From the NCBI RefSeq assembly GCF_009914755.1, contig NC_060931.1: 64,000 bases of DNA, one strand, 5' to 3'. The position numbers and the translations under genes were made by a program. Under the pieces are notes generated by a model. That model did not search any database. It was given only the letters and a program-made list of their open reading frames with translations, and was not told where the DNA came from. Source of the DNA: the human T2T-CHM13v2.0 reference genome, Homo sapiens. Below are positions 1 to 23,000 of this stretch, piece after piece; positions within the stretch are counted from its first letter, which is position 1, and each line of letters starts with the position of its first letter.

Positions 1-340
1 CACTAAAACCCTCATGAGTTCCCAAAGGGGACTAAGTGCCATTATGTGATGGTGGAAAAAAAAAGTTTAATTAATGAAGTGTTTAAAAGCCATCTATCTA
101 TTTCTCTCTGTTCTTTCTCATTCAAAGAAATACCATTTTCAAAAAAGTCATTTTCTTGGAAAGCGCATACTAACATTTCAGGTGGCTATAAATTATAATT
201 TATGCCTCTAGCACAATATGCACCAAATGTTGACTTACATATCCTTAAAATCATTAAGAGAAGCATAAATTTAAAGCCACGAATTACTAATAAAATTGAA
301 AAATAATTTCTATAAAAGGGACATAATTCAATAATCCTTA

Positions 341-538
<198 letters not shown>

Positions 539-1888
539 TTAGGAAAAGTAAACATGAAATTTAAAAATTATACATTCATTAAAAATAATGATACTCTAAG
601 GTTGACCTTTAAGGTGCAGTATGTATGGTATCGCTCTTTCATGTCTTTAAAAAATGAATCCATCTAGTTATTCCCTGATTTATCTATTGAGGACCTAATA
701 AATCTAATGGAGACACAAGAGGTACTGCAAACTCAGACCATATACTCAGAGCAATGTCTAGTGAGGTTCCCTACTCGTGGATCTTATGAAATAAATGAAC
801 GAATGATAAAAATTTGTCTCTGAAATAAATATTCTGGAAGGGTGATAAATTTCCATACTGTATTGTTTGTTAAACAAAATACAGTTCATATTCCTATGAC
901 TTCCAGAACAATCTCTTCCTACCCCAGGTCTTATAAGGTTTCATATGAGAAGGTCAGAACTGAAATAGGCATTAATAATGTACATCTGAGTCCTGTCCTG
1001 ACCTAGAAATCTGCACCACTCCCTTAAACACTGGACTAATAGATCTAGTATAAGAACAGTAACAGATCGAGTGTAAGATTAGTAACACCAGTCCTATAGA
1101 TGCTATAGATTTCAAAATTTGAGATTAACACACTAGGTAATAATAATCCAAGCCACTCTTAGTTGCATTTTATATCTATTTCAGCTCTTAAGAACCTTGA
1201 AGCAAGTCAATGCTGCCAAACCCTCCAACCTCACCTCCCTAGCACTCCTCTCCTTGCACTCTAAGCTCCAGTCAACAGGGTATTCCCCAACATATCATTA
1301 CTTCCTGTACCTCTGTGCTTTTGCCTGTAGACCACGCTTCCTTTGCTTCTTTATTAGCATGAAATTGGTTCATGCTAATTTCTACTCTTCCATCAAAACT
1401 CGGCTCAGTTGTCAACTCCTCCAAAAAGCCTTCCCTGATAACTCCTTATCCCACCTCACCCCCAGTTTAGGTTATATGCTCCTACACTACTCTGTGTATA
1501 CTTCTCGCATAGTGTATGCTGTCATCTCCTTGTTGGTCACCCTGGTCAAATTAATCTCTCTGAATTTCCATTTATTGACCTGTAAAGCCCAGGGAATATC
1601 TTCATGTAGAATACAAAGCAATCCAAGAAAGCCAAGAAAGGGCTGGCTACTCATACACAGTAGCCATCATTATTAGTATCGTTCTGCGCTAATACTGTTC
1701 ACCCTTCTTTTTCTCCTAGAATTTGAGAATACAGACTGTGCACAAGCATTTGACAAATATTTGTCAAATGAACAAAAGAGTAAATCTGTAAATTAAACAA
1801 TAAGTAAGGGAGAATGAAAAACCCTAAAGGACTAACCATGAAGTTGCAGAATTTTCACACTGTTTTTACTCTACCAATTTTGCTATTA

Positions 1889-2218
<330 letters not shown>

Positions 2219-2443
2219 TTAATACAGAAGATATGAAATGGTTTCAGTATCATTTCAGTGCTGGGAAAATTCAGGTTGTCCTTTTGAAAGCACTAGAAAA
2301 GCTCGATATTGATTTAACTATAAAAATTTGATCTATATTTTATTAATATACCCATCACAAAAACTTGTTCATCAACATGGTTCAATTAATACAGTCTCAA
2401 AGCGTGCAGTAAAGTATCAAATTTTATAAAACTCAGAAAAGGA

Positions 2444-2742
<299 letters not shown>

Positions 2743-3502
2743 AGAAAAAAGAAAAGGAATATGCTACTATAATTCCTGTATGCATGTATTCATTTATACC
2801 CAGTTTCATCCCATTGAGAATTTTAGATGGCTTACAACAAAATAAAAAAAGTAGGATGTGGGAAAACATAAGTGAGAGTAAGGGATCAAGATTCATTTAA
2901 AATCAAATGCAAATGCATCTGCCTAGAGATCCTGGAGTTGCTATATTTGAAACACAAATTTGGCTTCAAACTTCCTGGTGAGTTACAAAGTTTAAATTTA
3001 CAAAGAACAGGAAATACACAAGTTCATGATTAGTTGGAACTATATGACAGCGGTACCCATGGGGGAAAAATTAACTGTTCAAAGTAAAATCTTCCCAATA
3101 TTTTTTAATTGAATAGATAATAATGTAAATGTTAAGGACTTTAAAAGTACAAAAGTGTTATATGGTGAACTGTAATTCTCCTCATTGCTGTCCACAGCCT
3201 CCTACTTTCTCTCCCCTGAAGCAACCATTCTCCCAGTTTTCCATAGCAATTCAGAGATCATTTATACCAATTAGAGTATATTCTAAGTACTAATTTTTCA
3301 GAGTGGTGTCAGTGAGCACTTCCAGAAATGTAGTCTACAAAAAGTTCTGGCTAGAAAAAAAAATAGGCCTCCATTAAATATGGAGAGTTTTAGAAATTTT
3401 ATCAAAAACATTAGAAAGCCAAAGACTTAAAATTTCTAAGAAATTTTAATGACTAAATGATAAACAGAAAAGTTAAAGACTAGATGATATGTGTATTTAT
3501 TA

Positions 3503-3676
<174 letters not shown>

Positions 3677-3749
3677 CTAGAAAATAATTGCTTTATAGGA
3701 ATTCCCAATATATTCAGTCACAGAAATAGTTCCTGTCATTGTGGCAACC

Positions 3750-4110
3750 ACCAAGATTCAGCCTCAATTTTATACAACCTCTTCCAAAAAAACAAAAGAA
3801 GAGGAGAGAATACTTCCCAACTCATTTTATGAGGCCAGATTTACACGGATAGCAAAACCAGACAAAGACAACACAAAAACAGAAAACTGCAAACTAATCA
3901 CTTTCAAACTTAAATGGACAAAAGCTCAACAGAACATTAGCAGATAAAACTCAGCAATGTAGAAAGAATGATACACCACAACTACGTGGTATTTATCACA
4001 GGTATGCAAGGCTGGTTCAACATTTGTAAGTTACTCAACCCTATCAACACCTAATAGCCTAAAAAAGAAAAACCATATAATTGTATCAACTGACACAGAA
4101 AAAGGGCATG
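3750..4110 (+). mobile_element. Old L1 ORF2 fragment in PEX1 intron 10
   Basis: EEERILPNSFYEARFTRIAKPDKD resembles L1 ORF2. Confidence 0.8.
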
Positions 4111-4316
4111 GAGAACATCAGTCTTATTCGTCATCACTCCCCCAACACCTAAAAGCAGACACACAGAAATATTAGTGAATAAATGAATGCTTTCCATATG
4201 TCGTATAAACCCTATATAATAGATGGTCAAAACCCACCCTATATAATAGATGGTCAAAACCCAAAGAAAGATAAATGAAAAGTTATTAAATGTTACAGAA
4301 AAATGAACACACCTTA

Positions 4317-4550
<234 letters not shown>

Positions 4551-4574
4551 TTAATTAATTTAATTTAATTTTTT

Positions 4575-5891
<1,317 letters not shown>

Positions 5892-6658
5892 TTATATTAA
5901 TAAACACTGTGCTATAAACATTTTGACTTTATCGTTTAATCCTTTTACTAAAACATTTACAGATTATACCATTCTAAGAAATCAAATCCCTACTACTACA
6001 TCTACCAAAGCTTCTGTGGAGACTTCTAAGAGGTAGTGTTTATAAGAGATTCTCATATTATATAAGAAATATGGAAATTAAGAGGAGTTTAAAAAATATT
6101 TTTTATATTTTATCTAGCCCTACTTAATCAAAAGAGGAATTTTTTAAATATTTGTTTTAAAAGTTGAGAAAAACACAAATAATCCAAATTATTACAGTAA
6201 TACAAGACAGTGAAGGAATAACTTAATTTGAAATATTTTTAAACATTCAACTAATGTTTTTGGCTTTAACTTTTAAAATGTATTTATTTGTTCTAAGAAT
6301 TATTGTTTTATTCAAGCATATATGATCCACGTGATATCTAGTTGCTTTCTTCTCATCGATCAATTCTCAAAGTAAAATTTCTAATAAGCTTCAGACTTCT
6401 TGTTATCGAAGAAGACAAGGTTATCCCCTACCACCAGGGATGGATAAAAACATAAAAATAAAGAGAAAAAAAAAAAGACGACAAGGCAAATTATAAGCTA
6501 GGCGTGAAGATAGAGACAATCCTTGAAAAAATATCTACTGATGCATTATTAAGATCACTTATTGACATTAACATCTACTTTAATATTTACATTGAAAACT
6601 CTGCCAGATATAGTGTTAAAAACATGTCTAACATGCTAGTTTGGCCATAACTTCTTAC

Positions 6659-6741
6659 CCCAAAGAGCTCAGCTTTAAAAAAGGAAGAATAAAGTCAATT
6701 TCCTCACTGTTTTCTTCTTTTACCATAGGATCTAGAAGGAC
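6659..6741 (-). CDS. PEX1: PEX1 exon 9
   Basis: tag|GTC...TTG GG|gtaag, 83 nt, VLLDPMVKEENSEEIDFILPFLKLSSL. Confidence 0.95.
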
Positions 6742-7121
6742 CTACAGTTGCAAGGAAAAATCAGTTTTACATTTCAAAGTATGTCTTTTGCATGTTTTTC
6801 TCGGGTCCCAGAAAACTAAATTGCTGATTCTGTTATACCAGAGAGAATAAATTATGCATGCAAGATCATTATTTAAACACCCTTGACAATAACAATGTAC
6901 CCATCCAGGGAATATAAATATTTATGGTCAACAAGCAGAAAGAATGTTATTGCCTTAATACATTTTACAGGTATATTTTTATCTATAATTTTGATTTGTG
7001 TCACAATTATCCTTTTCACAATTCTTACATTTGTATCTTCTCCAAATGGTATTCCTTCAATAACATTTCAAAAATAAAGAAACAATGTCTAGTTCCAAAA
7101 CAATGAAATTCTAAATGACTA

Positions 7122-7505
<384 letters not shown>

Positions 7506-7508
7506 CTA

Positions 7509-7892
<384 letters not shown>

Positions 7893-8257
7893 TCAAAATA
7901 AGATGGGTTGTGCAGTAAAATTGCATGTAAAAATAGGAATTTAAAAAATCAAACCCTTAAAACTACGTTTTCATTTGTTTCAATCCTAGAAGAATTTTAA
8001 ATCATGATCCATTTACCAGTTAACATGATCAACTCTATTCTTGGAACTTAATTGTGCTAAGGCATTCATTTTTAAATTTAGGTTAAGTCAATAATTTGTA
8101 CAGATAATTTAAAGAGATTACAGAATAAAATATTTTAAATCAAGTTATTCCTTACTCTTAGCAGGTTTTTAATACACTTCACAATGCAAGGTGTTACAAG
8201 GAACTTCATACTTTATTATCAATCATATGTAACAAATAGTATTTTATTAAATATTCA

Positions 8258-8440
<183 letters not shown>

Positions 8441-8688
8441 TTAAATGTCAAATTTATTTAAGTTAAAGACTTTTTTTTTTTTCCCCCCAACAGGGTCTCA
8501 CTCTGCTGCCCAGGCTGGAGTGCAGTGGCAGGAACACAGACCTCCTGGGCTCAAGTGATCCTTCTGCCTCAGCCTCCCAAGTAGCTGGGACTACAGGCAT
8601 ACACCACTATGTCAGGCTAATTTTTGTATTTTTTTGTATAGATAGGGTTGCGCCATGTTGGCAGGCTGCTCTCGAACTCCTGGCCTCA

Positions 8689-8778
<90 letters not shown>

Positions 8779-8801
8779 CTACTGTTTAATTATCATAATT
8801 A

Positions 8802-9783
<982 letters not shown>

Positions 9784-9840
9784 TAGGACTACAGGCATGT
9801 GCCACCACATGTGTCTAATTTTTATTTTTACTTTTTTTGA

Positions 9841-9948
<108 letters not shown>

Positions 9949-10499
9949 TAGCTGAGATTACAGGATTAGCACCACGCCCCGATAATTTTGGTATTTTTAG
10001 TAGAGATGGGGTTTCACCATGTTGGCCAGGCTGGTCTCCAACTCCTGACCTCAAGTGATCCACCCATCTCAGCCTCCCGAAGTGTTGGGATAACAGGCGT
10101 GAGCTACCACGCCTGGCTTAATTTTTTTTTTAATTTTTTTGTAGAGATGGGGTCTTGCTATGTTGCCCAGGCTATTCTCAAACTCTTGGCCTCAAGCAAT
10201 CCTCCCACCTCAGCTTCCCAAAGTGCTAGGATTACAGGTGTGAGCCACTGGACCCCACCTGCAAAGATCTTTAAGTTCAATATCTCATTTCCTGACTCTA
10301 CCAGTATCCAAAGAATTAACTGAGTAAAAAGTAAAACAGTCTAGCACTCTTTTAGGCTACAATATTAATACTGAAACAACATGGGACAATTTTTTTTAAT
10401 TACAACCACGTGGCAAAATGATCAATCTCTTAAAAGCCAAAAATATTCATATTTGCATTGGCAAATATAAGTATTTGTGTTATCATTTATTAAAGATTT

Positions 10500-11070
10500 C
10501 TCAGCTTCTCAAAAAGTTAAACATAATTCCTAGGTATATCCCAAAGGAGCTGAAAAGAGGAACTCAAACAGATACTTGTACACCAATGTTCACTGTAGCA
10601 TTATTCACAGCAGCCAAAAATGTGGAAACAACCCAAGTGTCCATCAACAGATGAATGGATAAACAAATGTGGTATATGCAGTCAATGGAATAGTATTCAG
10701 CCATGAAAAGGAATAACATTCTGATACATACAACACAGATGAGCCTTGAAAACATTATGTTAAATGAAATAAGTCAGATACATAAGACAAATGCATACTT
10801 CTACTTATATATGAAATATCTAGAATAAGTAAATTCATAGAGACACAATATACATTAGAGATTACCAGGGACTGGGGAAAGGAGTGGACGGGGAATTATT
10901 GTTTAATGGGTACCAAGTTTCTCTTTGGGGTGATGGAAAAGTTCTGGATATAGATAGTGGTGATGGTTGTACAATATTATGAATGTAATTAATGCCTTTG
11001 AATTATACACTTAAAAATGGCTAACATGGCATATTTTATGTTATATATAGTTTAACACAATAAAAAAAGA
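10500..11070 (+). mobile_element. Old L1M 3' end
   Basis: Typical L1 3' motifs (ccatcaacagatgaatggataaacaaatgtgg) and an A-rich tail. Confidence 0.8.
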
Positions 11071-11107
11071 TTTGTATCAAAAAGGAATACAACATTCTTA
11101 TTACTTA

Positions 11108-11383
<276 letters not shown>

Positions 11384-12098
11384 CTATGAATTTAGGTGAA
11401 ATAACAGAAGCTATCATAATAACTCATAGTTGTCTCAGTCCATGCAGGCTGCTATATCAAAATATCCTAAACTGGGTGGCTAACAAACGACAGAAACTTA
11501 TTTCTCACAGTTCTCTTTTATAAGAGCACGAATCCCATTCATGAAGGCTTCACCTTCATGACCTAATCACTTCCCAAAGACCACACCTCCTAATACGATC
11601 ACCTTGGGAGTTGGGATTTCGACATATGAATTTGAGGAGGACAAAACATTCAAATACCAACGGTGTGACCAGATGGATGTTCAGATATTGTTATACCATG
11701 AACATTTCAATCCTCTCCCTACATTTCTTTCCTTTTCTTTACATAATCTTCAGAATTAGAGCTTTAAATGTATGTATTTGACTGTATTCACCAAACCCAT
11801 CTTTTAAACTATGGCACATTTACATTCAAATTAAATGTTATTTCTAATCTTTGAGCAGCCTTTATTTGTGAAAGTTAACAACCAATGAAGAAGCTGGAAT
11901 GGCCAAAACTAATCACAGACAATCTGCCTGATTGTCTGATTAAATGATTAGATCCAGACAGAAACTTAATCTAAAAAGCAGAGTAAAATTTCTCCCACCC
12001 CCTAATGAAAATGTTCTAAACTTAGATTGTGGTGATGGCTGTACAACTAGTATAAATATACTAAAAATGACTGAATTGTACACTTTAAATTTTACCTC

Positions 12099-13718
<1,620 letters not shown>

Positions 13719-14510
13719 AGAAAAGAAAATGATGTAGGCCAAAGAGATTAATGCTTTGTCAGTTATTTGTATAAAGGTCACAGGTAAAACTGTTGGAGAA
13801 AAAAAAAAAATCTACAAAAGGAGACAACCTTCTCTTTCTATTTTATTCTCTTTCCTAACAAGTTCCTCTCTTTATCACTATGAAGTCTTACTTTACAGTG
13901 GTTCAAATTTAGCTTCCAATAAATGGACTAGTGACTTATGTCATATAAAGGTAGCATTAATATTTGTGGCCAGGATGAGGGGCTGGAGCACTAGTTGCCC
14001 TGTCTACTTCCTCTCCGTTATACACAAATTAAAGAGCAGACACCGGCAGGGTAAGCAGCTCCTGGATGCATTCCAATCCAGGTGCCACCACATGCAGCAG
14101 GAAGGTTACCTCATGCCATGGATCTCTCCCTACACTGGCCCTTTTCCCTAATATTAACAAGTTGCTTTCGGTAACTGGGGAACAAATCTGCAAGCATTAA
14201 AGATGGGAGGCTTTGTAGGGCACTCCATCCTGATGAACCCCCAAGTCAATCTGCCTGGGTTTGAATCCTAGTTGTAACACTAGCTATGCAATCTCAGGCA
14301 AGTAATTTTGACCTCTCTGGCCTGAACCTATCTAAGCTTGTACCTATTCAAGCTTACTTGGCCAGAAAACATACAATCTTTATCCAAACAAGGACTTTAC
14401 TGCAAAGCGTAAATGTGTCCCCCAAGTGCCTTTAGGCACTGTGTTTCTTTTTAATTGATTTTCAATTTATATATGAAATACTATTCTAATTCATAATTTG
14501 GGGATGTTTA

Positions 14511-15532
<1,022 letters not shown>

Positions 15533-16256
15533 CTAGAACCAACAGATGAAAAGATCAATTCACTTTACATTTTGTCCACTCCATATCTAGTTAAAAAAAA
15601 TCTCAATTCTTTTTTTAAAAAACAAATTTTAATGTGCATATTTAATATACACGACATGGTGTTATGAGCTACATATAGATAGTATAATGGTTACTATAGT
15701 GAAGTAAATTAACATATACATCATCTCACAGTTACCCACTTTTGTGTTTTTGTGGTAAGAGTAGTTAAAATCTACTCATTTAACATGAATCCCCAATACA
15801 ATTTTATTACCTATAGTTGTCAGGTTGTACATTAGATCTCTATCAATTCATTCTTTTTTTATTTGAGACAAGGTCTCACTCTGTTTTCCAGACTGGAGTA
15901 CAATGGCAAGATCCTGACTCACTGCAGCCTTGACTTTACGGGCTCAAGCGATTCTCCTGCCTCAGCCTCCCAAGTGACTGGGACTAATGGCATGCACTAC
16001 CATGCCTGGCTAATTTTTGTATTTTTAGTAGATACGGGGTTTCACCATGTTGCCCAGCCTGGTCTTGAACTCCTGGACTCAAGCAATCCACCTGCCTTGG
16101 CCTCCCAAAGTGCTGGGACTATAGGCATGAGCTACTGTGCCTGGCCCCAATTCATTCTTATAATTCAAAACCAACTCAGAATATATAATAAAGCTTAGAG
16201 AAAGCTAAAGACATTGATATTGTGAAGTAATTTAACCTTAAATGAGATAGTTCTTA

Positions 16257-16355
<99 letters not shown>

Positions 16356-18691
16356 CTAGAAAAAATTAAAAATTTAAAACTACTTTAAAAAAACTTTTCT
16401 GTGTCATATATTAGAAAATAAGAAGTTATCTTCTTACCATTTTAGGTTAAGTAGATGTGTGTGTATGTTTTGGATGGGGGTGTATATGTAGTCTATGTAA
16501 TCTTTCTTTTCTGTTTTGAGAGATGGGGCCTGGCTCTGTCACCCATTCTGGAGTAGAGTGGTACAATCATAGTTCACTGCAGCCTGGAAACCCTGGGCTC
16601 AAGCAATCCTCCTGCCTCAGCCTCCTGGGTAGCTGGGAAAACAGGTGCAAGCCACTGCACCTGGCTATATGTGTAGTCTTTCATGTGGCAAATATTTATT
16701 ACTTATTCTTAGCCAAGACTTGATATACTCAGCATTTTAGGAAAAACTGTTTCATAACTAATTACAGAATGAAGAAAAATACATCTCAGCATGACATGTT
16801 TTTCAAAAATGAAAGTAATCATTAAAATGTAAAAATGTAAGTAAAAAATATAAGAAGAAATGACTATATCATCAAGTTATGGCTTGATCTAATATATAAA
16901 TATTCTCATTATTTCTAGAAGTTTTGCAACAGACATGCTGCTTCAAGAAAAGTGAAAAATACACTGAAATAGACACTGGAGACAAATATTGAGAAGTATA
17001 ATCCTTCACAGTTGAAAGTTAAGTAAAACTAATAATACCCTCCTATTATAGTTTAAATATATGTAACACTAGTATGTCTATAAGCTGGAGTCACCATCTT
17101 ACTTCCTTTCCCCTTCCATAGGCATTTCCAAGGATTAAAGGAGTAAAATCCAAAGCCTCTGCATGTTAAATACTCTAGGTAACCAACCCTTCCTCTCTGC
17201 TTTTGTGGACTGGAGCAGGATTTCCCTGAGTGCCTCACCCCCAGACTCCTCAGTAGATTTCTCTTCAATATCTCCCTTACTGAAAAGGATGATTCTGAGC
17301 AAGCACAAAGCAGCTCCTGCCCACCAAGAAGCTAGAGACTCAGTTTCTTAGTGGCATTGCTGCAATAAGGGATCTAAAAAAATCAGGTAAAGTCACTTCA
17401 AAGCAAATGGGAGTTAAAAACAAGTAGGATTCTTCAGAGTACTAATTAAGACTTGAAAATCAGGAAGTTGATGTTGCCCACAGGGAAGTGCTGGGTACTC
17501 AGAGGGCAGAACTGTAACCTGCTAAGCAATCCTGGGTAAAATATTCCATCTCCTTGTATTGTAGAACAAAGCACCAAAGTTAATGATTTCTAAGGTCCGT
17601 CTGGTGCTAAAATTTTAAGATTCTAGCAACAATTTAGAGTATGCAAGGGACTAGTGTTAGGTTTACAGATTTCTCATGAGTAGCCTATTCTCATCAAAAA
17701 ACATGCATAAACAAGATTAGTCTGTGCTCAAAACAAGTTAAAAAGACATGGCACTCTCGTGTATTGTCATGGGAAATTAGTAATAGAGAGCAATGTAGCC
17801 CCATCTATATAAGTTTTAAACGTATAGCACCCTTGGCTATTCTGTTTTTAAATGTTTCAGTCCACATATATATCTGATTCTGAGAAAGCACAAAGCAGCT
17901 CCTGCCCCCTAAGAAGCTAAGGACTCCTGGCCTAGCCAGTCCACTTTCTGTTCCTATCAGTGATTCTTCAGGAGATAGTGTCTTACTGGCAGGGCTGCAA
18001 CAGAGGATCATGAAGACGCACACAGAGAGAGAGAGAAAGAGAGAGACATGTTAAATGCACATTGTTTGTAATACATGGAAAGGTATCTGAAATATTTTGT
18101 GGGGTAATAATTGCAGAAAATATGAATGATCTCATTCTTCCAATCCTAAAGGTCTACTGAGATCCCCATTCTGAGGATGGGACTGGGAAAAGGTAAAAAC
18201 TCATTTTTTACTTTCAATGGTAAAATAGTTATAATGAATATGTATTATTACTACATCTTCTTCTTTTAAGAGATAGGGTCTTGCTATTGCCCGGGCTGGA
18301 GTGCATAATCATAGGTCACTCAAATTCCTGGTCTCAAGCATTCCTCCTACCTCAGTCTGCTGAGTAGCTGGGACTACAAGCATTTGCTACCATGCCCAGC
18401 TAATTTTTTTAATTTTTTTATAGAGATAGGGTCTTGCTATGTTGCCTAGCCAGGCTAATCTTGAACTCGTGGCCTCAAGTGGTCCTCCCACCTTGGCCTC
18501 CCAAAGCACTGGGATTACAGGCATAAGCCATTGAGCCCAGCCTCACATTATTCTTACAGTTTAGAAAATGTTTAAAGGAATAACTTGATAAACATAAGAA
18601 AACAAAAGATAGACATAGGTATTCAAGCTTTCAGGTTTATAATCTAAACATATTAAACTCATAAGGGAAAACAAAAATGGAAAAATAATAA

Positions 18692-18835
<144 letters not shown>

Positions 18836-18885
18836 TGAGTAGCTGGGATTACAGGCACCTGCCACCATGCCCAGCTAATTTTTGA

Positions 18886-19035
<150 letters not shown>

Positions 19036-19306
19036 TGAGACCATGGAAGGTTATAAAATATGTCAGAAATAAAGTTTAATAATAGTAAGTAGAACCTAGT
19101 AATTCAGAAGGAAAAATAATTTCATGAAACCAAAATTAGGGGATGTGGAAAATGAGTTAAATAGTAGAATAAGAAGCAAGTAGGGAGTATGGTAAACTAC
19201 AAGATAATGACCTAAAAACAGAGTATAGTCAGCTTCAATATCCTAGACTAGTTACATAATAGCATACAAATTAGGTGACATCTCACCTCCTTTAACAAAA
19301 AATCTA

Positions 19307-19522
<216 letters not shown>

Positions 19523-20806
19523 CTATTCATATAAGAAATGAGAGGAAAAAAGGTTTTCGTATACATTTTTCTGGATTCACATGAAAATAAACTATTATTA
19601 CAATTCACATGTCCAAAAAGAGTTCTATAGATAGTTCTCTGTTATCTACATTTGTTGTAGCATTTAAAAATCTATAATCATTTCCAACACCCAATGCTGG
19701 TGGATGCTAATGAAGCCAATACCCTTATATTCTTATGGCAGCATTATAAATTTAATCAACCCCTTCAGAATTCAAAATGGCAGCAGTCAGTCAATAAACT
19801 TAAATAGCAGTTGAGCCACATATAACTATTTGAGCATTTATTCCCAATTAACGATTCAAAGAAAAAAGAAACTATAGCAAAAGCTATCTGTGCAGTATTT
19901 TCTATGATAGTGAACACTTGAGACTGTCTTAAATGTCTATCAATAGGGAAATTATTAAATAAGATATAAATTTACTATTTTAACATATACGTTAATAAGT
20001 AGAAACACATATCATCTTTAAAAATGTAGCAATATAATTTTAGAATTATGAAACACCAACCAGATGGAGTATACAATCCATATTTATTTACTTATTTATT
20101 GGAAGAATAATAAATGCATGTGGCAAAAGCACAAAACGTACAAAAGGGTAAAATGTGAAGCCATGTCTCTGTTCTCAGAGGTAATTACTGCTGTTTCTTC
20201 TGTACCCTTCCAGAAACGTTATATTATGCAGCCTCTTAATAATTGTAAGGGCTCATATAACTATGGGAATATAGGTTTTAAAAAAGCAAAATATAACATT
20301 TATTCTCATTAAAAAAGCAATTACATTAAAACATGTAAGTTTGTGGCCAAGGACCAAAAAAGGGTTTTCTATGATTAAACAATTACAAACTCATTATAGA
20401 GACCTCGGAAAACATATAAACTTGGAAGGAAACAAATGAACTACTGATATTCTCTCCACAAACAAGACAACCATGTGAACAATTTGGTCTATTTCTTGTT
20501 AATCCTTTTCTCTATGTGCAAGTTTTTCATATAGTTGTGTTCATATAGGCACAATTTAATATCCTTTTCCACTACTTATATTGCATCATAAGCATTTTCG
20601 AACTTTTTTTTTTTTTGAGACAGGATTTTGCTCTGTTGCCCAGGCTGGAGTGCACTGGCACAATCATAGGTCACTGTAACTTGAAACTCCTGGGCTCTAG
20701 CAATCCTCTCACCTCAGTCTCCTGAGTAGCTGGGAATATAGGCATACACCACCACACCTAGCCATTTTTTTTTTCTATAGAGATGGGATCTCACTATGTT
20801 GCTTAG

Positions 20807-20914
<108 letters not shown>

Positions 20915-21329
20915 TAAAAATAATTTTATTAATATGTATCAATAATAAATTTTAAAAATCAGCCAGGTGTGGTGGCATACGCCTGTGGTCCCATCTACTC
21001 AGGAAGCCGAGGTGGGAGGATCACTTGAGTCAGGGAGGTTGAGGCTACAGTGAGCCATGATAGTGCCATTACACTCCAGTCTGGGCAACAGAGTGAGAAC
21101 CCGTCACACACACAAAAAGACTTATTATATCAGGAAGCTTCAGTGTTATTAATTTATTTATATCAAAATAAATTCATTAAGTTAAAAATATTAGGCCAGG
21201 TGCAGTGGCTCACATGTGTAATCTTTATACTTTGGGAGACTGAGACAGGAGGATTGTTTGAGCCCAGAAGTTCAAAGCCAGCCTGGGCAACATGGCAAGA
21301 TCTACATCTCTACAGAACAGTTTTCATAA

Positions 21330-21853
<524 letters not shown>

Positions 21854-22784
21854 TAAATGAGACAAATTTCAAACAATGTTGGAGCCACTTCTGGGACAAT
21901 ATAACGTACTGGAAATTAACCATGTTATTACAATTTTATATTTAAGAAAGCCATCATCATGTATCACTTAGTTGTGTAATTTTTCTCACAATTTTCACAG
22001 AACAGTCCAACTGTTCTGGCTGACAAATTCTTTCAACTGAGTGTATTTTGCCTAGATTTGGAATCAAAAGTCTTAAGTTACCATATCAGCTGTAACCGTG
22101 TGAGCTATTACAAGAATGAAGGTGATCAAGCCCCAGATGCTTTCTATGGGTTTTCATCAGAGTCAGCAATACATAATCCAGATAAATTCTACTTCATATG
22201 AAGAAACTTAAGAGATGGAAATATGAAAGATGCCCTGAAATATCAAAAAAGGAAACTCTACCAGCTCACTGAAAAAAGGAAAAATGAACCTTATTGAGGA
22301 GGAAAAATACTTCTAATTATTTATTTGGTCAAAAAGTAGTAACCAGCTCCATAAAGCCACAATATGTGCTCAGTTATATTGAGCAAACTCTGCAGACCAA
22401 TGTTCTAAGTTAATTTTTATGTCAAAATACTTCACTTGAACCACAGAGCCCTGGCTATTCAGGTAAAGAGAAGAAAGAGACAGCTAGAAAGGAGCGTCTT
22501 TTCCAGGAGTCAAATCAAATCAATCAATTAATTGACCTTCTTTGACCCAAACTGAGGTATCAGTATTACCAGGAAATCTGCAGGTAAAACCATACATCAG
22601 AATGCCTTAGGAATAATCAGGTCCAAAGCCTAGGGTATCTCTTGCTAACACAAGGGAAATGAAAATTGTGTGGCCATATCCGAATGGTGATTTAGGTTCG
22701 TTTGCATTCACTGTGTATATGAATCCTCTCCCCCTGCTGCAATCACATCAAGTTCTGAGTACAGAGAAGATAACTTAGTTGAAG

Positions 22785-23000
22785 CGGTGGTTCTCAACCA
22801 GAGGTGATTTTGTCCTTCAGTAGACATCTGACAATGTCTGAAGACCTTTTTGGTTGTCACAGATAGGGGGAGGCAGTACAGGCGTCTACTGGATAGAGGC
22901 CAAGGGTGCTGTTAAACATCTTAAAATGTACAGGAGAGCCCCCAAAACAAAAAATTATCCAGCTCAAAATGTCAACAGTGCCAAGGTTGAGAAATCCTGA
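22785..23000. mobile_element. MER20-like DNA transposon
   Basis: gtggttctcaacc ... ggttgagaaa terminal inverted repeats. Confidence 0.7.

Noticed and set aside
1197-1676. 159-aa plus-strand ORF
   Set aside because: Non-ATG start, lies in degraded L2-like intronic sequence, no recognisable protein
1747-1770. Perfect 24-bp palindrome catttgacaaatatttgtcaaatg
   Set aside because: Fits the naturally quasi-palindromic 3' end of an L2 element; no evidence of function
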